From assembly GCF_052425735.1 (NCBI RefSeq), contig NC_135770.1, forward strand, positions 21,824,001 through 21,888,000: a DNA stretch of 64,000 nucleotides. The letters are read 5' to 3'. Of this stretch, positions 60,939-64,000 are shown piece by piece (positions within the stretch are counted from its first letter, which is position 1; each line of letters opens with the position of its first letter). The DNA comes from Oculina patagonica (taxonomy: Eukaryota). A model generated the notes under the pieces. It saw nothing but the letters and a program-made list of their open reading frames with translations, had not been told where the DNA came from and did no database searches. Position numbers and translations under genes: made by a program.

Positions 60939-62775
60939 GTTGTCGTTGTCAAGGATTTGAAAGAGTTTTCACATATCCTAAGGCTAAAAGAAGAAAATAA
61001 CTTGTCATTTCAATGCAACCAATCAGCATGGTAGAGGTGTAGTCAACAACCAATAGAAGGACCGCATTTTCAGCATGTCACTTACCGCTTAAATTGTGTT
61101 TTTAAATCACCGTTCCCAGTGTAGTCTGTTCGGGCTGTATGCTTGTCAGAGAAAGTGAGGTATAATATAATTTTGAGACTAAGCAGTTTTTAAAAATTTC
61201 TTTTGTTGTTCTAAAAAAAGGTATTGCAACTTAAGCCCGACCGTTAACTTGTTTTTCAGGTTTCGGTCGCTTGAGATAGGACGCCATCTGTACTACTATA
61301 TTGACACAATTGCTGACTGAGTTCAAGATAGGTAAGATCTCAGTAAACCCGACCAACACTACACAGACAGCCGTTTTGTTTATTGGTAACTTTTTTTAAT
61401 TTATGGCTAACTTTGCATGTTTTAGGAACTTTCCATGAATTACGTTTATCTGATAGGTATATATTTCTCAACAAGTGTTTTTTAGTAGTGCGTAGATAAC
61501 GGTTGGGCGCAGTCAACTTAAAGGATAGATAGATAGTTTATTGAAGCTTTAAAATTGCAGCATAAAAGCTGAATTGGATAAAACTTTATACAAATTTATA
61601 GATGTTTATCGCTAAAATATAACTAAAAGGTGATCTATTTACATAAAAATATGTTTGAAAAGTTGAATTAATTAAGTTAAAATACAATTAAGAAAAAGAA
61701 GAGTAAAAAACGAGTATTTACAACAACTATTAAAAAAACTGTTTTTCAACCTGTTTTGTTTTGCAGACGGGCATGTGGAATTGTCTGCTGTTTCTTAGAT
61801 TAAATTTACATTTGTTGGGCGCAGATAAAAATTTGAATAATTTGTGCTCAGGGTTATTGTTTATTTCCAGAATTATTTTGAGGGTTTAGGTCTGTCTTCG
61901 ATCAGAAAGTTCCTCTAACCTAACAAGTCTTCGAGCCTCGCGATAGATGACGTGTGGAAAAATTATTGCCATGGCGCGCATTTGTAAGCCCTTCAGCTCC
62001 TCCAACAGATAGTTTGGGAGTAAATTGTGGAAAACTGGGGAAGCGTGTTTGTACTGATGGGCGCACGTTTGGGAAAAACTACTGCTAGAATATCTATCAT
62101 CTTGCCTTTCTTTATCCTTGGATGAGTTTGGTGAAAAAACCGTAGAATTTATCAGATTTAATATCTTTTAAGGACGATTTGTTGAGACAACCACGGAATG
62201 TGTGAGACGTGACTCGCGTTGTGCAGCAGGCGCGTTGTTCGTAAAATTTGTATTATTTTCTTCGTAAACGTCGGACAAAATACGTTCGTTGTTTTGAGTA
62301 TTATTTTATTTTAAGTTATTTTGCAATACTTTGCTTTAGAAAAATCCGGCAGCTTTCAGAAACGGTTTATTTGAAACCTTTAACTTAACTTTTCGTAGGA
62401 ACAAAGAAAAAGGGAGAAAAAGCGTGAAATATGGCAATATATGTACTGCATATTGATAACACTTTTTCTAACATGACACTTGATGACACTGTTTCTATTT
62501 GTTCTTAGCGTGCAATGCTTTCTACCCGTTGTCGTTGTCAAGGATTTGAAAGAGTTTTCGCATATGCTAAGGCTAAAAGAAGAAAATAGCTCGCCATTAG
62601 AAGGCAGCCAATCAACAGGGTAGAAGTGTGGTCAACAACCAATTTAAGGAGCGCATTTTTAGCATGCCACACACCCTTAAATTGGCTTTTAAAATAACCG
62701 TTCCCATTTTAATCGTTTCGTGCTGTATATCTATCAGAGTAGGTCCGGTATAGGATAAATTTAGGCTAAGCAGCA
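60939..62775 (+). repeat. Diverged direct repeat of ~250 bp (60939-61185 and 62528-62775)
   Basis: Both copies start gttgtcgttgtcaaggatttgaaagagttttc.catat.ctaaggctaaaagaagaaaata and end ..taaatt..g.ctaagcag. Confidence 0.8.
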
Positions 62776-64000
62776 ACAAACGTACCAGGATATAAATCGC
62801 ATGTACAGAGTTATTATTCTGTCCCTTAAAACAGTTTGATTAGTGACGTTCGCGTTGCCGTCGTACTTTGCTTAAGCTCCCGAATAAATTCGGTTTCACG
62901 GGAAGGTGCAATCACTCTAAAATATACAGGCTTGTATTCGGCTTTTGAATGTACAAGATGACAAATTTGTTCAAAAACCAAAACAAATTTAAAAAGTTAA
63001 TTTAAAATTTAAAATTTTAATTTTAACTTATCATTAAAATCAGTTTAACACAACGGAGGAGTCAAAAGGTTTTTCAGCTCGATAGAATGCGCTGTCTTAA
63101 CGATATAACGTTTTGAATTTCGGAGTTTCGCGCCACACGATATCAAGATAGCCGCCTGAAGGCTGTCACGTATGCTAAAAACAATTCTCATCCTGTTAAT
63201 TTTTAACAATCTGAACGGTTAAGGTTCTGCGAGGAGTGTTTATGTGAATGTTTACGTGTTAATGAAGGTGAACTGACCGCTTTCTATAGCAGAAGTGAAT
63301 TCCAGATGTTTTCATTGATTTGTGGTGTCCATATTGGTGCCCCTCCACACGGGAACAAACATGGCGTTTCCATACTGTGCTCTCTATAAAATTTGTGTGG
63401 AATATTTTGACGGATAACTCGAGAATGGAATACCGTTTAGACCTGAGACTTGGGCAAGTAGACTATCTAGTAATTTTCTACAACCTGCAATATTCTTGAT
63501 TTTTTTTTGGTCTCAATAGCTTTGGATTTATTTTTTGCTACGCGTGACTGTGAAAACCAGCACTAATAGTCGTGAAAAAATTTACGTTACTTCCGATTCC
63601 CTCCAAATTTGGATCACAGGAAGTTGATAGATTTAGCCAATTACTGTGCGAGTTTGAGTAAAGACGCTTACTTGTGGCCTACATGGCGAATTTTTCGTTT
63701 TCGCCTTCTCACTGTGAAATATATGAATTTTCACCCAGAAGACATCCTAAAAATAATTTTCGATGAAGAAGCAGATCCTAGTGGTATTTCTAGTGATGGA
63801 GAAAGCGATTTAGAGAGGAAGCTCAGAAATCAGAGCGAATTATAGAAGCGATTGTTTTTTTTTTTGGTGTGTTTTTTCTACATATGAGCTGCCGTGATGA
63901 TATATAATTTTTTGCATAAGCTCATAATATTTTTACGGAACTATTATATGAGATATTGTAGTCCACACTGCTGTAAATACATGTTGAGTTATTAAATAAA

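Noticed and set aside
63609-63845. Acidic short ORF resembling a piggyBac-type transposase N-terminus
   Set aside because: Too short, ends in a stop, and no TIR or catalytic domain is visible in the window.

Overview
This is eukaryotic, AT-rich, intron-rich DNA. Its gene content and repeat types suggest a cnidarian, probably a stony coral (inference). Eight protein-coding genes can be built by hand from GT-AG splice sites: CFAP36 (-, runs off the window start); a ~29-exon CCDC175-like gene (+) head-to-head with it; a solitary, intronless, strongly divergent histone H3 variant (-); neudesin/NENF (+) with an initiator tRNA-Met in intron 3; EAPP (-); a TTLL12-like gene (+) head-to-head with EAPP, carrying inserted UBA-like and CS domains and a degenerate ligase site; an intronless membrane-anchored torsin (-) with a ~380-aa disordered N-terminus; and HDHD3 (-). 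Introns and intergenic DNA hold many non-autonomous DNA transposons, tRNA-derived SINEs, a Penelope-like remnant with a decayed hammerhead, and a 21-bp satellite. There is one N gap, and two stretches (~22.2-22.6 kb and ~55.8-57.5 kb) look like low-quality assembly. The most interesting items are the H3 variant, the TTLL12-UBA-CS architecture and the LAP1-like-topology torsin. All family assignments are from remembered motifs; no searches were run.
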